Shown: positions 34,564 to 48,655, numbered from the stretch's first letter. The stretch is 64,000 bases of DNA from Schizochytrium sp. TIO01 (GCA_004764695.1 SMSO01000035.1:3856040-3920039); one strand, 5' to 3'. Made by a program: numbers and translations. The notes: generated from the sequence alone by a model not told the origin.

Positions 34564-37500
34564 GGAAAGAACAGCAGAGCAACTTACATACCCAATGAAT
34601 AATACTTCTTAGGTACACAGAGGTACAATTTTCTTTTCGGTATTCCTTTTCAAGTTAGAACTCGGAAAGACTTCTTCATCACTAAAAACATTGTTAAAGA
34701 AAAAGGAAGCAGTTGGATTTTTTATTTATTTAATTGAAAAGTTACAATGTTAAATAGAAAATTATACTACAGTAACAACAAACAAGCTTGCAACGGGAAC
34801 CTTGACAAGAAAGACTGTCGAGTAATTCTGGTATGTACCCACTCATATACCTACCTACCTGCTGAATAGATTAAAGTTGCTCAATTGAGCACAGTAAATC
34901 GAAAGTTTGCAGTCAGAGCAAACGCAAGAATAACTTCAGTTTATCCATTTTTTTTTTCATTTTTTTTTTCATTTTCTGTTGTAAGTAATAATCGAGAGTC
35001 CTGAGGTTGGGTTCAAGTTGCTTCGTGGACTCTCGGTGATATGCTTGAGAACAACCACCTACGCCAACCAAAATGAGTTCAACCTGCGGAGAATTATTAC
35101 AGCCGTTTCAGTGAAATTTGGTGCTACGTTAGAGGGAGAACGTTAGGGGGAGAACGATTACATTTGAGCTCAATTGCTTGTCGGATAATCCAGTTTTACG
35201 GACGTGCGAGATGGGGATACTTTTGCACGCTCAGGCAGGACAAGACTACGCATGAGTGCCTGGGAAACGGGTTATCATCGCTTGACCCGAAGGCACCTAG
35301 TACTCTTGAAGATTTGAAAATCGATGTGTTGTTGTTGTTAGTGCTCAGAACCATCAATTGGCCTTTAGCATCGCCCCATTAATTTTGCCAAATGCGTCAG
35401 CTTTGGACACCGATGCGGTGCATCTTCTTCATGCTCCTCTGTATCAATTTCACTTCATTACGACCGGTGAAAAGCACGTGCAAGTTCGTTTTCTTGGCAG
35501 TTGTATATCTTTTGAACGGCACGTTTTGCCCCTTCAACAAGGTGTTCGTAACTGCCGAAGTTCCTTTATGGGATGAAATAAGAGAAGATTTGTAAAAAAA
35601 CTACTCTCAGACTGATCAACTGCAGGCACTCTGCCACCTCTTTGTTGTACGGAACGAAAACAAAGGACGTCACTCAGCGTAGGCCAAGGCTAGTCTCGCC
35701 TGTTATTTCGTCTGATTCACGGATCAGAATTTATAAATCATGACTCATAGCTCACACCAAAAAGCTGATGTTTCCTTTGTCCTTTTTTTCCTGGATGCGG
35801 AAGTTATATTGACTGGGTTTGAAGGCAGTAGCTTCCGACACCCGGCCCAGTCATCTGTCCACACTGGTACACGCTGTCGGAGCTGCTCGAATAAGCACCA
35901 GCTTTGGGTTCGTAGTTGAAATTGAGCTCTCTTGTTGTGTGCAAGTTATTCATTTCTAGTTCGTTATTCGTTATTTATTTATTCATTATTTCACTAATCT
36001 TGAAGATTATTGTAATTTTTGTAATTGCAAAAATAGAGTACTCGGAGAATGACAAGATGGTGCGAAAACAGGTGTTTTCATTTCGACAACTGATTCTTCA
36101 AAAAATTGTCGTGGGCGAGTAGGCGAGCATGGTTGCATTTCCGGATTTCATGACAGTACTTGTCAGATTTTTGAAGTGAGTAAAAGTAAAGACTTATAAA
36201 TTGCTGCCAATTGTTTGTATAGCAGAGAGTTTAAAAAAACAATAATACCATTTTTTAATTTTTTTAAACTTTTGTTCTTCTGCCCCACACATTCATCTCA
36301 TTATCTAAACGAAAGTAAGAGGTTTTAGATACACAGGAATGTGACAAACGTCTCGCTGGTCGAAGGCTTCAGCTCGGAGCTGCTGAAGGCCATGGCAGCG
36401 TGTGCATGGCAAATATATATTTGTGCAGCACTTTAGCCTGAATACCTCCGCTTTCCTCGAGATCAAATGCAATACAGTCTTTGCAAACTTTGCAAATATA
36501 ACAGCTTTTTGCACACGTGTTTTTTTGTTTGTATTTTTTGCTCGATCAGCCATGCGCGATGAGCTTACTAGACCAGCAGCCACAGCGGCGACGGCACACC
36601 AGGCATTTCTACGCGTAGATTGTAGCTCACTGATGCCTACCTTCGTGGGCTATGGACTATCACAGTAGTTGTGCAGAAATTCAATTTATTTTTCTTAAAG
36701 CAGAGGATGGTCCTGCAGAAGAAGTATTCGTATGTGAATAGATATTCATTTAACCAATTGTTCAAATGACTACGAGACAAATTGCAGCGCCATGGGTTTC
36801 GAGTTTATGTCGGAAGTGCTCACCTCACCCACTCAAACTGCAAGGGTCTCGGAGTCGGGAGAATGAAACTTGGTGAAACGCTCGGAGATCTTGGTTCGCT
36901 CCGCGTCCGTATCAAATCAACAAGTTTCATTTATTAATAAATTACAGTCTTGCACAATTCATTTTGGGTAACCCTGATTATAGTTGAAATATCGCCTGCA
37001 AGGCAAAGCAAGCAGACCTTCCATGTGCATTTCGACGTCTTCCTCAAAAAGAGAGCCTTGCGACTAAACTCATGGTGTAGTAATTGTAGCACCAGAACAA
37101 ATTTTTGCACATTTCATTGCAAAACGTCCGTTCTGAAGTGTAATAATCAACGCCGGGACCCTTGTAAAGTTTGGGTCTATATAGCAGGCGATACAAACGA
37201 TTCTATTTGCTTTCTTCACATGGTTTTAGCTCAAACTCAACCCATCAGATGTTTGTCAAGAAAAGACTTGGAGTTCAACTCTTTTACTGCTATTGTAGTA
37301 GAAACCTAGTTTCCGCGCGTGTCTGTGCACAACCATGAGCGTTTTGTTACAAATACTTCTGGCGCGCGACTAATCGCACTGACAGGTCCGGCAGCCGCCA
37401 ACTCCAAGCTGACTGCAGTAGGGAGGTAGTTGCGAGCCAGCAGGCAGTTCGAAGGGAGAGCTCCTTAGCCTTGACGTTCTCGAGCAAGCTTTTGCTGACT

Positions 37501-38210
37501 CAGCAGATGCTTGCACGCATGCTTGTCCAAGTGTGCAAAACGCTCGTTCGAGGATAAAAGTTTGTGCAGACAACCGCCGAAAGATGGCTAATACTTCACT
37601 CTCGCACGAACAAAGTAACGCGATGCTTATGCTGGCCTTTGCTTGCTTGTGCGCTGGTGCCTCGAGGAGACTTCCCTAGTTGCGGCAAGGTCTCCTTGGA
37701 CGCATAACGTTGCTCGAAGGAATGTCGTTATCAGCAGTGGTCTCCTCGCCGCAAATTTACTTTACATTTTATATCAAAAATTTAATTATTTAAAAAACAA
37801 CTAAAAGACTTTTATCTAATTTTGCATTAAAACTATCTTCAACAGTGCCCAAATCAAAATATGATTATATTTAGTTTTCGAACATTGTATTTCTAGTTTT
37901 AAAATGAAATAATTAAATTAAAAAATATGTAGACCTAAATAAATAACTCAGGAAGGTGTCCTTTCGCCTTTCTCCGGGCCCAAAGACGGCTTATATCGCA
38001 AATTTTTCAAGATGAGGGTCGAGACGCTGCATGGTGAAGAAGTACCAAATCGAGGTGGTGAAAACGAGCGTGTACCTGGTTTGGTGGATGCCTCCCATGA
38101 GCATTTCGTGCTTTTCGCACTACCTACCTGCTTTGGGGCGGAGAACTTTTATCAATCTTTGATTTCCCGAGCACGTGCTGTCTACATGTTCAAAATGTAA
38201 ATCTGCCTGA

Positions 38211-38244
38211 AAACAAACAAACAAACAAACAAACAAACAAACAA
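38211..38244. repeat. (AAAC)n microsatellite
   Basis: Directly visible. Confidence 0.95.
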
Positions 38245-41200
38245 AGAGATTAATTCTTTAGAAACCCACCGCCATCATCACAATGATCCTGACTTTTCAT
38301 GGTTTTACTTCTCTGCTACAGCCCGCCAAACGCACGTGCACGGCAAACGGAGCTGCCATCCGTACACACAAACAGCATCATTTGATCCCATGCACGCACG
38401 CATGAGGGAACGGATGAATGGCCTAGGAATAACAAGCTTCGTTGTCTTCAAGTTGGCAAATGGCATCGCATCAGTCAATCAATCAATCATATATAGTGAC
38501 ATCATTCACAGGTCTGAGATCTACTAACCTGCAAAGGACAGCGTCCGGTGCCACTCTCTTCCCGGACAGCGTGTATTCAGGAATGGCGACACTGCCCTCC
38601 TCTACTAGTGGGCCATAGGGACTCTTATTATGCGCCAAGAAACCAACAACCGCGTGCTTTCTTCCTTTACTTTCTTTTCAGGATTTAGAAGAAGGGGATA
38701 ACTTTTAATTTAAAGATATATATATATTTTAATGATTTAATTTTATACAATATTTCAAAGATAGTTATTGGGCGGAAGAGAGTTTAAAAAACAAAAATGA
38801 ATAAATCGACAAGTCAACCAAAGAGGATTATAACTTGGGCATATAATACGTGCAGGTGCCGCTGGTGATGTGGAATTATTCCGTTTAGGGGTGGTGAAGT
38901 TGCCGTAGTAGTGCATGCCTATGGCACGACACGTGCAGAAGAGTTCATCTAAAGCTTTGACAAGAAAAGGTTTCATTGTTGCTGCTGCCTGTTCCGATGC
39001 TAGTTGTTCGCAATACTATAGACTTAGTAAGTACCTCCCTTTCCATAAAGTTAAAAGGTCAAATTCTTATGAAAAAGGGGTACTTCTAGGTTCTGGACCG
39101 CTGGAGAAACGCTTCTTTCTCTCGAGGGGATTGATTTGGAAACTATGCTTGTAAAAGCTATTTTCCACTCTCAATAGTCAGAGATTTTACTATTTCCTAG
39201 ATTTCTTGATTGCAATGTGAAACAGAGGTGGTCTTTAATAGAAAGAAATGGCTTCAAATCAGAGAAGATTATTCAATGCATATGCATGGAGCCTATCTTG
39301 GGTTCAGATCCATACGAACTATTTGTTTCAAAACTGTGTGTCTATTGTCATACGCGCGGAGATGTAGTCTGCGATATGCTCACCTCGATCTCATGCTTGT
39401 GTAGCAAGGTTCTCTTGTTGTATGGGTCATCTTTTGGGGGGCAGTTTGTTTTGCAATCCTCGGTTAATTTCTGATTTGACATTCTAGACTTGTAAAGAAG
39501 AAAAACAGTAACGCCTCAATAAATTTGATTGCAGCGTAGAAGTCATTTGATTTGAGTGCTTCTCATTATAACGATGGTATTCTCTGTTCCCTCCTTTCAC
39601 GATCTCCGTGCCTGACTTATCTCCGAGAATCAAATGGATAAAGAGCCTGAGCGGTGTAAGAGAGCTTCATTCGAGAGAGATTACATTCTTGTTCTTTTCG
39701 TTTCCTGGTAGTATTAGGTTGCAGTAACACTTTGCCAGTGCTAGATTATCTCTTCTCATCATCATCACACTCCAGAAAATCAGCTCATTGTTTTGTTGAT
39801 TAAATTCTTTGAAACATAAAGTGAAAATGCTTTTTAACTGAGATATTAAATCTCTTTAGTAGATATATGGACCTTTGCATAATCGTTAAAAGAACTCATC
39901 TTGTCGCTTTTAAATCAGAGAATAGAATATTATATAACAAGAAAAACATTTTCTTTTAAAACATTTTAAAAAAACTATTTTTATTTTTTAAAAATTGGGG
40001 GAAAAAAGTGATTTTTTTTCTCTTTTTCCAACTCAATTCCGACTCAGTTCAATAAATTGATTTTCCTTAATAGTGAGCAAGGTGGTTTGCGGGTCCCCCT
40101 TTCTTGCCGCGCTTCCTATCATATATTGGCAGGCCAGCGCGTGCACACTTTCATATCTGTTTTATAATACCCCTTTCAGCGATGTCTGAATCCTTTGTAT
40201 ATTTAGGGAGGTATATTCAGAAAAGGGGCATTGTGAGAAGTATGTAGTGTATTCCCAGCTGAGAACAGTTGAGTGTGTACTGATTTGAGCCCATGAGTGC
40301 GCCGGCGCTTTGGATGCACTAAGTACGGGTGAACGAAAAACTCAAGTTGATCGCCGATGCTCTCAACCTCTACCGCCTCTACCTAATCGCTGTTCAGACA
40401 GGACTGACTCAGCGCCCGTCGTGAATTGACCAAGCAAGTATTCTTCCTCTAGTGCTGTTTTTGCACGTGGATGTACGTCTTTAAGATGTCTCGAAGCAGT
40501 TGAAGAATGTAAGGCTAGTCTGCCTTACCTGAGTTCTAATAAATAGGCATCTTGCTGAATGTACTAAGAAGAAGATCGTAGAACCCTTGCGAGTCGCGCA
40601 TTGCTTTAAATGTCAGCACGCAGCTCTTTGCCGGCATCGCAATTCGCGCTTAAAACCTGCTGCTCGTCTCACTATGTCGCACGTAGAGACGTGCCGACGC
40701 CCTGCACGTGCGGACCTCAGCACGTGCGCAGTTACTTTTCTGTGTCCCGCGCGCATTGGCTTCAACCTTGAAGATTGTGCTGTGTTTATAAAGGCTACAG
40801 CAGACAAGCAGAGAGGTAAGGTTTAGCAAACGAGTCCCGTAAGTCGCGAGTTAGCATTTGCAGAGGGTTCCATTGACCTCTCAGGCTGTGATTGCGTTGC
40901 CAAAAGTACTCTAATCTGCCTGGTCTGTCTTGGGCTCAGAGCGATTTAAAAAAAAAACAATGCTCACCCGTGAGCTGCCGCGATCTATTCTATCGCGCCC
41001 ATATCCGACCTGCAGAATGCGTGCTTCCTCATTGCACTGACAGCCTCCTTTGCAACATACGGAAAGGTAGGTAAGAAAAAGACTCACGAAGCGCCTTCCT
41101 TCCAAGCCTTAGGTCACAGTTTCGATAATTTGACGTCTCTGTCTACCGCCATGTTGATCAATGGTGTACCTACCTCGCAATCTATGCTATCCAGCATGGA

Positions 41201-43589
41201 CTAAACCCAGGTGCTTTGAATCATTCCTACTTGGAGGTGTTTTTTCGTCTTCTCCTTCTTCTTCTTCTTATTACTATTATTATTATGTTCCACTTGTCTC
41301 AGCTAGCATAAGACTCCACTACCACCTCTACCCCTGTTTATTTTGTTGTTGAACCTCTATAAAAGAGTAGTAACTGCCTAGTGCGTCTTAAGGATCGTAG
41401 AAACAGGATGCCACCATATGCGAGAGAGGGAATGTAATTAGGTGAGGAATCCAATGAATGAATGAGTGAATTAATAAGTGAATAGGCATCGAATCGAGTT
41501 GAATCGCGAATACTGTCGGGTGAGCACTGCACCAAGCAGGCATAATTATAGGCAAGAGACCGATCGATGTTTGAAGAGCTTCGAGACAATGCCTGAATTG
41601 AACGAATAGTGTGGACCTCTCCGTCATCCATTCCCTCCCACGTTTTGGGAATGGATGGCAGAATTGGAAAACGAGATGCTTCTGAATACCTATTTGAAGG
41701 GTCTTGGACTTCGAAGCATGGACCATGATCAGAACAGGACGACGGACCAGGCCTGAAGCAATCAATCAGGAGTGGCGAGGGAAACAAACATCGCACAACT
41801 TGCAGAGAAGGTGTTCCAGGTCAACTCGATTGAGGAAATGAAATTCCCTCAGAGGAAGTAGGAGAACGAGGGCAAAGTAACGCACGCATTGCAATGGCTG
41901 ATGAGACGAAGGAACGTATGCGAGGTACTGGAAACTACGGAGTATTTCATTTCTAGTTTGGGGTGTTTAACCTAAAAGCCTAACTTGAAGAAGGTATTTC
42001 GTACCTTCCTTGTACAGGACACATGCGTCTCCTCATAAGGCCCCCGACTCTTGAGGAAACTGCGGGGAGCACTCTACTAAAACATGGGTCGAGTTGACCG
42101 ACTGTGGACCTGTGTTCGTCGGAAAAGACGCCGTCATCCACTTGAACCCTGTCCCGCAAGCCGCGGTTTCCCCCCGCAGATGCGTGCGTATTTATCCCAC
42201 AGCGTTCCTTTCCAGACATTGTTTTCTAATGATGTCAAGAACTGTTCTGTTCTCCAAGACTCCTCAGCACAGCCTCCGCGGTCTTTCGTTTGTTTATGAG
42301 TTCATCTTAGCTCAAATGGTAAAAGAGGTGAAGAAAAGAAATCCTATCGCAATCTCAATGAACTCTGACAAAGCCTTGCGCTACTAATCCCCTAGTTAGT
42401 GGTATCTTTAATAATGAAAATGACAAAAGGCTGCTCTCTTTCACCCTTGCCAACACATAGTATATAGGTAGCTAGTCATATCATTAGGAGTGGATGAAAA
42501 TCAATTTTTATGAAAAGAAAAGAGGAAGTTGATACGAAATGAAATAGCATAAAAGAAAATACTTAGCTATCGTTAATTTAAAAGTTTAATATATATTTTT
42601 TTAATTGAAGATTTTTAATTTTGATTTTCAAAATATTAAACAACAATGTTTTGTAGAAAGAGAAAAATGTCATTCCAAGAGAAAGATGCAAGTTGAGAAA
42701 ACCTCAGCTGAAAGTCCTTCTGTATTCCTGTGGAAACAATCGGCACCTGCCACAATCTTCTCTTCTGCCTGGGCCTCATTCCAACACTGCCACTTCCTCC
42801 CCTTCGCATTCCCTCATCAGCCTGAGGCATAACTAGTTCCGAGCTTGCCTTTGACAGCCTTCGCAGCGGTTTTATGCGTGGGCTTTCCTCGTGAAGGTCT
42901 CTCGTTACTTTCTGCGATCCTCGCAATCCCCACCTTGCGACAAAAGAGATCAAGTCCTAGGTCATGACTAGCACCAAAGCACATTTGCAATTCCATTTCC
43001 TCGATGATTGCCTGTTCCCAATTCACTTACATCTGTCAAAAATAAATAAATGAATGAATGAATAAATAAATAAATAAATAAAATTATACATCAATACCCA
43101 AAGAACTCCTGGCCACCATCCCAAAGACTTGCTTGGGCTGCCTCGTACAAGCAGCTCGTTCTCTACTTCATGTCTGACCTCGCCCTCATCGCGGTCGTTC
43201 TTTCAATCATGGAATTCTTCGGCAGGCATGAAAATGCTAAACTCCAGCTAGCTTCTCTTCACTTACAGCGCGTCCTCCAAGCAAGTCAGTCAGTCCTGGA
43301 CATTGACACTGCAGCGCCTGTTCTGCAGCCAACGCAGAACAGCGGTGAGTGCGGAGCGTCGCATCCATCACTTAGCTGCCTCCAAGGCTCGGGTTGGTCA
43401 ACGGTGAAGAGCCCAATTCATGCATGAATGAATAAATAAATTAATGAATGAATAAACTAAGTGAAGACGGCGTAGGAAGCAGCTGGAAAGAGGGCGGCGA
43501 GCTGGCCAGCGAAGAAGTGCTCGCTCGAGCAGCCATGACCTTCCTGCGCTAATTCCACATTCATACGCACATAAATACATAACGCAGAA

Positions 43590-43790
43590 CATGAATGAAT
43601 AAATGGCATGGATGAATAAATGGCATGGATGAATAAATGGCATGGATGAATAAATGTATAAATGAATGAGTGAATACATGGCATGAGTGAATACATGTAC
43701 GAATGTATGAGTAAATGGCATGAATGAGTAAATGTCATGAATGTATGAATGTACGAATGAATGTATGGATGTATATGTAAGTATGCAAAT
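43590..43790. repeat. Degenerate minisatellite, 17-bp unit GAATAAATGGCATGGAT, built from NNAT tetramers
   Basis: Three perfect 17-bp copies at ~43597-43647, then degenerate copies. Confidence 0.9.
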
Positions 43791-44539
43791 AAACAAATGT
43801 AAATTGCAATTTCGCACTGGCTGGTTCGATGCCGCTGCCATCCATGGATTGGCAGGCACATGAAACGTACTCGGATGCTGCTGCGAATGGTTGAATGGAC
43901 ATGGCCGCCGGAGAGACCGCGAAGACCGGCGCCGTGCTCGGCCAGTGCGATTTGGAGAACCTCACGAAGAAGACTATCGCAAGGCGAGGCTGAGCCAGTT
44001 CGCATCTGTGGATTAATGGCGAGCGAGCTCTGCAACAGAATCCTTCGCCTACGAATGGAGCGAATCATGAATAACGTGAAATGGGGTTTAGGTTTAGGTA
44101 CAAATACACTAAACTACAAATCAGCTCTGATGAATTAGTTTCAAGAACAGCCTAAGCGCGACATGAATCCTAGCGCAGAATGAGGCCCCATAAGTCTGAG
44201 GGTTTGGGCCTGGCCTGTGTCTTTCTGCGTGCTTTGCATTGCATTTCGCCTGCTCGCTGGCGGGCTTGCGGAGGTTCAAGCAGCAAAGCTCAAGCAGCAA
44301 AGCTCAAGCAACAGAGCTCGAGTTTAACTAGAATTGGAGTTGAGTCGTCGTTCATTCGTTCGTTTATTCGCCAGCAGACGGCGGGGTGTGCGGATGCACC
44401 GGACGCGGTGTATCGGCCCAAGGCATTCTCCTTTAAATTTTCATTTTACCTTTACTTTCTCTTTTTTCTAACTTTTAAAATTATATGTATGTAAAAAGTT
44501 CGAAATGATAAAGGTTTTAATGTTTTAGCGTCATCGATG

Positions 44540-44594
44540 GATGAATGAATGAATGAATGAATGAATGAATGAATGAATGAATGAATGAATGAAT
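44540..44594. repeat. (GAAT)n microsatellite
   Basis: Directly visible. Confidence 0.97.
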
Positions 44595-44953
44595 GTTCGT
44601 TCTTTCCTCTGTTCTGCGAAGCTTTTCCTGTTGTTTGCTCTTTCGCCAGTTCCCTTAGGAGTGGATAGGCGGGCGAAAGGGGTAGGAAGCTATGGGTAAA
44701 TAAAAGGTGAGGCTTCAGGAAGAGGGGAGAAACTTTCAACTAACTTTGTTTACATTTAAAATGGTTAGAAACTCATTCATCATTCAATTGCAGAGGAAAG
44801 AGCTTGGAAGAACTAAGACCTTGAAAGCGCCAGGACCGATTCATTCGCTCGCAAGCTTGGTAGAAGTTAGCCTTTCATCCTCCTCGCAGCAGCAGCAGCA
44901 GTTGAAGGCCTGTTCCCGTAGGTTAGTTGGTTTCATTTATGGCGATGCTGTTG

Positions 44954-44984
<31 letters not shown>

Positions 44985-45668
44985 ATACCTTTTAATATGA
45001 TAATAGTAATATAAAAAATAGAGGATACTCTCTGTCTGTTTGATGGTTGATTGGTTCTTATGGGTTGGTTGGCGAGATCGACTGTTCACCGTCGGCACAT
45101 GCTCTATGCTCAGAAGAAGACGCAGAAGACCTGGCTAGGCATGTGCTCGCAAGGCGGTCGAAGCTTGCGGTGCTTGAATCTCAAGCCACGGCTCAAGGCT
45201 CGTGAACCCGGATGGACCATCTCAGCAATTGTGCAAAATGGAATTCAACATCTGTTTCTATTCTCTCAATTGTTTTTCAATTACTTTTCAATTTCATTTT
45301 AATTTCATTTTTTCTTTCTTTCAGATTTTGTTTCTTACTTTTGGAAAAGAAATCAAAAGTCACACCCAAACTGAACTTTAAAAGCTTAAGTGCACAACAG
45401 AACTAAATTGTTAATTCAGAGACAGCAGTAAGGCAGCATTAAGTACTTCTAGCGAGCAGGTGTTTTTCTTTCCAAGTTTGAAAACTAAACCTTTAGTTAG
45501 TTATTTAGTTAGTTAGTTCCTTGAGAAACATAAAAGGCTTTTAACACAAAGAGAGAGAATCGGCGCGACAAAGAAACAAAGAAAACAAAGAAACAAACAG
45601 CCAACAGAACTAACTCCGGCGCCAGCAGCAGCGACCAGGCGATCGGCCCCGCGCCGCGCCGCTGTCGG

Positions 45669-45699
45669 CGGACGTGGACGTGGACGTGGACGTGGACGT
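45669..45699. repeat. (GGACGT)x5 hexamer repeat in a GC-rich region upstream of the 46115 gene
   Basis: Directly visible. Confidence 0.9.
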
Positions 45700-46114
45700 A
45701 CAGCGGCGTACCCGGCGACCGCTTTTAATCACGCAAGCCTCGGCTCTGCCCTTTGGAAAGCGCGGAGTCTTGTCGTGGACTAATTTAGACGTCTGCACAA
45801 CAACGTCAATAGCAAGATTGACAGCGACGGCAATACTGAGAACGATTTCCCGAGCAACAACGATATTCATCCTCGCTGACGACAACTTAGGAGATCTGAG
45901 CAAAGTCACTCACTGTATTTGTGGCGGCGTGGACGAACGAAAGCAGTACGGCACCTGGGATACAGGGCGTGGGAGTAAGCGACAACGACAAACACAACAC
46001 ACGGAAGACACTGTCGAGAAGCCCTTGAGCTCTGCAGTGCTAACCTAAGGTTTTGGCAACATACCCAGACTCACAGACAGCAATAAATCAGGAAAGGGTA
46101 AAGTGGGGGCCAAA

Positions 46115-48655
46115 ATGCCACGCGACAGCAGCGAGGACAAAAACTCGCTGGCGGCCGTCGCCAAGGAGATTCGCAGATCAAACGATGCTGCGAGATCCTC
46201 AGCAGCGCAAATTGCGAGGCGTCTCTCTGTCACAAGCGTCAGCAGCAACCTGGGCCTCGCACTCAATGGTGAAAAGCCTAAAGATGCCCAGAGCTCAACG
46301 CCAAATGGGGATGCCGTAGCTGCCAACAGCCGAGAAGAACTTCAACAACTTGCCGAACAGCTTGAAGCACAAGTGTCTCTGTGGCTGGAGAAATGTGACC
46401 AAGATGCCAAAGAACTGGGTGCTGAGCGTGAAAGGATCCGCAAAGCCCGTAAGGACCTTGATGAACTGCGCGACGCTCTAAAGGAAGGCATGAGCCGACT
46501 GGATGAGGGAAGGCAAGAAATGGCGCAAATTCAGACTAAATTTTCTGCTACTCAGAGCAAAATCACCGACGAGCGGCGCCAGCTCGCCGAGGAGTGGGCA
46601 AAACTTGCTGATGCCCAGAAGGACTTTGCACAGGAGCGGCTTGACAAGACCTCCGCGGTTTCGGCGCAATCCATCCAATTCCAAACTGATCTTGCCCTTG
46701 CAGAGCAGGACCGCAGCAACCTGCAAAAGCAACTCGAGCAAGCCACATCTGAACAACAAGAAGCCGTAACTAAAGCCTCCAAACTTGAAACAGAGTTGGC
46801 TAGTATCGTTCATGACTGCGAGACTCTTCAAGAGCAAGTCAAGTCCCTCGAGCGTACTCGCCTGACAGAGCAAGAGGAAGCTTCGGTGCGCGCCGAAGCC
46901 CTCAAGGCTGAGTTGGATCAAGTCACCAAGGCCCGCAGCGCTCTACAAGACGAACTTGCACAAGCAACCGCAGCGCTCAAGGAAAACAAGAACAAGGACA
47001 TGCATAATGATGATTCCGGCCAAGTCGAGCAACTCAAGGCCGACTTGGTCAAGGTCGAGGAAGAGAGGGATGTACTGCGCGAGCAAGCCGAACAGAACGC
47101 TGCCAAGGTTGAACAACTCCAAGTTGAGCTCAACAAGGCTACCAAGGACAACGAAAAATTGCGGGAGGAAGCTGAGCAGTCGCGCCAGGAATGCGAAATC
47201 ATGGAAAGCCAGGTCGAAACCCTTGACGCCCAAGCCCAATACATGCGCACGGACCTCGAGGAGACCCAGGCTGCCCACAAGAAGCTTGAGGCCGCCCACA
47301 AAGATCTCGAAGAACAGCTTGCCCTCGCGAACAAAGAGAAGACCTCTCTTGAATCAGAAAACCTTGAGCTTAAAAATAAAAGTGAGCAGTTTAAGCAAGC
47401 TTGCACGGACCTCTCTAAGGAGGTGAGTAATCTTACAAATGACAGACAGAATCTTCGCGCAGAGCTTGAGACCCTGCGTAAAGAAAAAAAACAGCTTGAA
47501 ATCAATGTTCAGGAGGTGAACTTGGCCAACAAACAACTCGAGGAACGTCTTGAGGAACTTAACGCCAAGGAAATCGCCCGCAGTCACGAATCTATGAACG
47601 ATGCCCAGGCCAAGGGAGAGGCCTCAGGCCGTGCCACACGAAACATTCCCGACGATCGCTCGAATAGTGATGCAAGCACTGCTGAGGAAAGTCAGGAGGA
47701 CCGCAGCCCGCAGGCTCTTAACGAGGAGATGATGTATTTGCAGGTGGAAAACCAAATTGTAATTGATCAAAATACCGCACTCCGCAAACAGCTCAAAGCT
47801 CTTCAGGAGGAACTCGCAAGTATGTCACAAAACTCCAACGGGTACCTAACAAAATCAGGCAAGGCACAGCCAGCTGTCAGTATTAGCTCAGATATGGAAC
47901 CACCAGCATCGCCTCCAGCGCCTGGTAAATCACCTCGCTCACTTCTGCGTCGTGCAAGCAGCGCACTTATTGGCATTACCAAGGTAGCAGCCGACTCATC
48001 GTCTTCTCATGGAAACTCATCAGACGCGCCTGTGCCCCCAAATTCACCCACAACCCCCACAGGCAATCTTACACGTGCCAGTTTCCGTTTGTATCATAGT
48101 GTTAAACCGACTTCTTCTTCCCGTTCAAGTACGTCCTCTGATGCGGCTATCTCGCGTAGCTCGAGCGGCCATAGGAAAGCAGGTTATGTAATGATGGCCG
48201 ATGGACTCACCATCACAAACAGTACTCGCTGGGTCAGGCAATATCTCGTCACCACAGAAAGAAGCTTTGCTATTTTCCCGTCAAAACGTGTCTACGAAAG
48301 CTCCACAGATAGCCCTGAACAGTGGATAATCCCTGTTGGCTTTATTGCAAAAATGTCTGCCACAATTGACACCTCGGCGCCGTATGCGCCTATGCCAACT
48401 GCACAACGTAATACCGATGCTGCAGCAGACGATGGGCATGCCATTGATGATGATGAACTCGAAAGCAAGAAGGGGGCCACCTCTCCTCGCATGTACCTCC
48501 TTGTCGGCCCGGAACGTGCTGTGCAGAAACTGATGCAATCCAAGCGCCGTCAGTTTGACCGCCGGACACCTCCATTTCTGTTTCGTTCTGGAGAAGAGGA
48601 GGAGCTTGTCCAATGGTGTGATCTCATCAATGATGCCATCGCGATGTCTGAATAG
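46115..48655 (+). CDS. Long coiled-coil protein with C-terminal PH-like domain
   Basis: First ATG at 46115 (track starts at GTG 46103). About 430 aa of heptad-rich E/K/Q/L sequence, a Ser-rich linker, then KAGYVMM..RWVRQYLV..FAIF..FLFRSGEEEELVQWCDLINDAI (PH strands and terminal Trp helix). Confidence 0.85.
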   Translation: MPRDSSEDKNSLAAVAKEIRRSNDAARSSAAQIARRLSVTSVSSNLGLALNGEKPKDAQSSTPNGDAVAANSREELQQLAEQLEAQVSLWLEKCDQDAKELGAERERIRKARKDLDELRDALKEGMSRLDEGRQEMAQIQTKFSATQSKITDERRQLAEEWAKLADAQKDFAQERLDKTSAVSAQSIQFQTDLALAEQDRSNLQKQLEQATSEQQEAVTKASKLETELASIVHDCETLQEQVKSLERTRLTEQEEASVRAEALKAELDQVTKARSALQDELAQATAALKENKNKDMHNDDSGQVEQLKADLVKVEEERDVLREQAEQNAAKVEQLQVELNKATKDNEKLREEAEQSRQECEIMESQVETLDAQAQYMRTDLEETQAAHKKLEAAHKDLEEQLALANKEKTSLESENLELKNKSEQFKQACTDLSKEVSNLTNDRQNLRAELETLRKEKKQLEINVQEVNLANKQLEERLEELNAKEIARSHESMNDAQAKGEASGRATRNIPDDRSNSDASTAEESQEDRSPQALNEEMMYLQVENQIVIDQNTALRKQLKALQEELASMSQNSNGYLTKSGKAQPAVSISSDMEPPASPPAPGKSPRSLLRRASSALIGITKVAADSSSSHGNSSDAPVPPNSPTTPTGNLTRASFRLYHSVKPTSSSRSSTSSDAAISRSSSGHRKAGYVMMADGLTITNSTRWVRQYLVTTERSFAIFPSKRVYESSTDSPEQWIIPVGFIAKMSATIDTSAPYAPMPTAQRNTDAAADDGHAIDDDELESKKGATSPRMYLLVGPERAVQKLMQSKRRQFDRRTPPFLFRSGEEEELVQWCDLINDAIAMSE

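Noticed and set aside
33420-34620. Cluster of overlapping 100-158 aa ORFs on both strands
   Set aside because: GC-rich, no consistent codon bias or domain motif, mostly non-ATG starts.
43590-43790. CRISPR-like array
   Set aside because: Units are directly adjacent with no unique spacers; eukaryotic context, no cas genes.
43810-43845. GGTTCGATGCC tRNA T-loop-like motif
   Set aside because: T-stem does not pair and no cloverleaf can be built.
43398-44068. 153- and 203-aa minus-strand ORFs, and similar ORFs at 1298-1561
   Set aside because: Stop-free translations of microsatellites (IHSF and NSIQF repeats).
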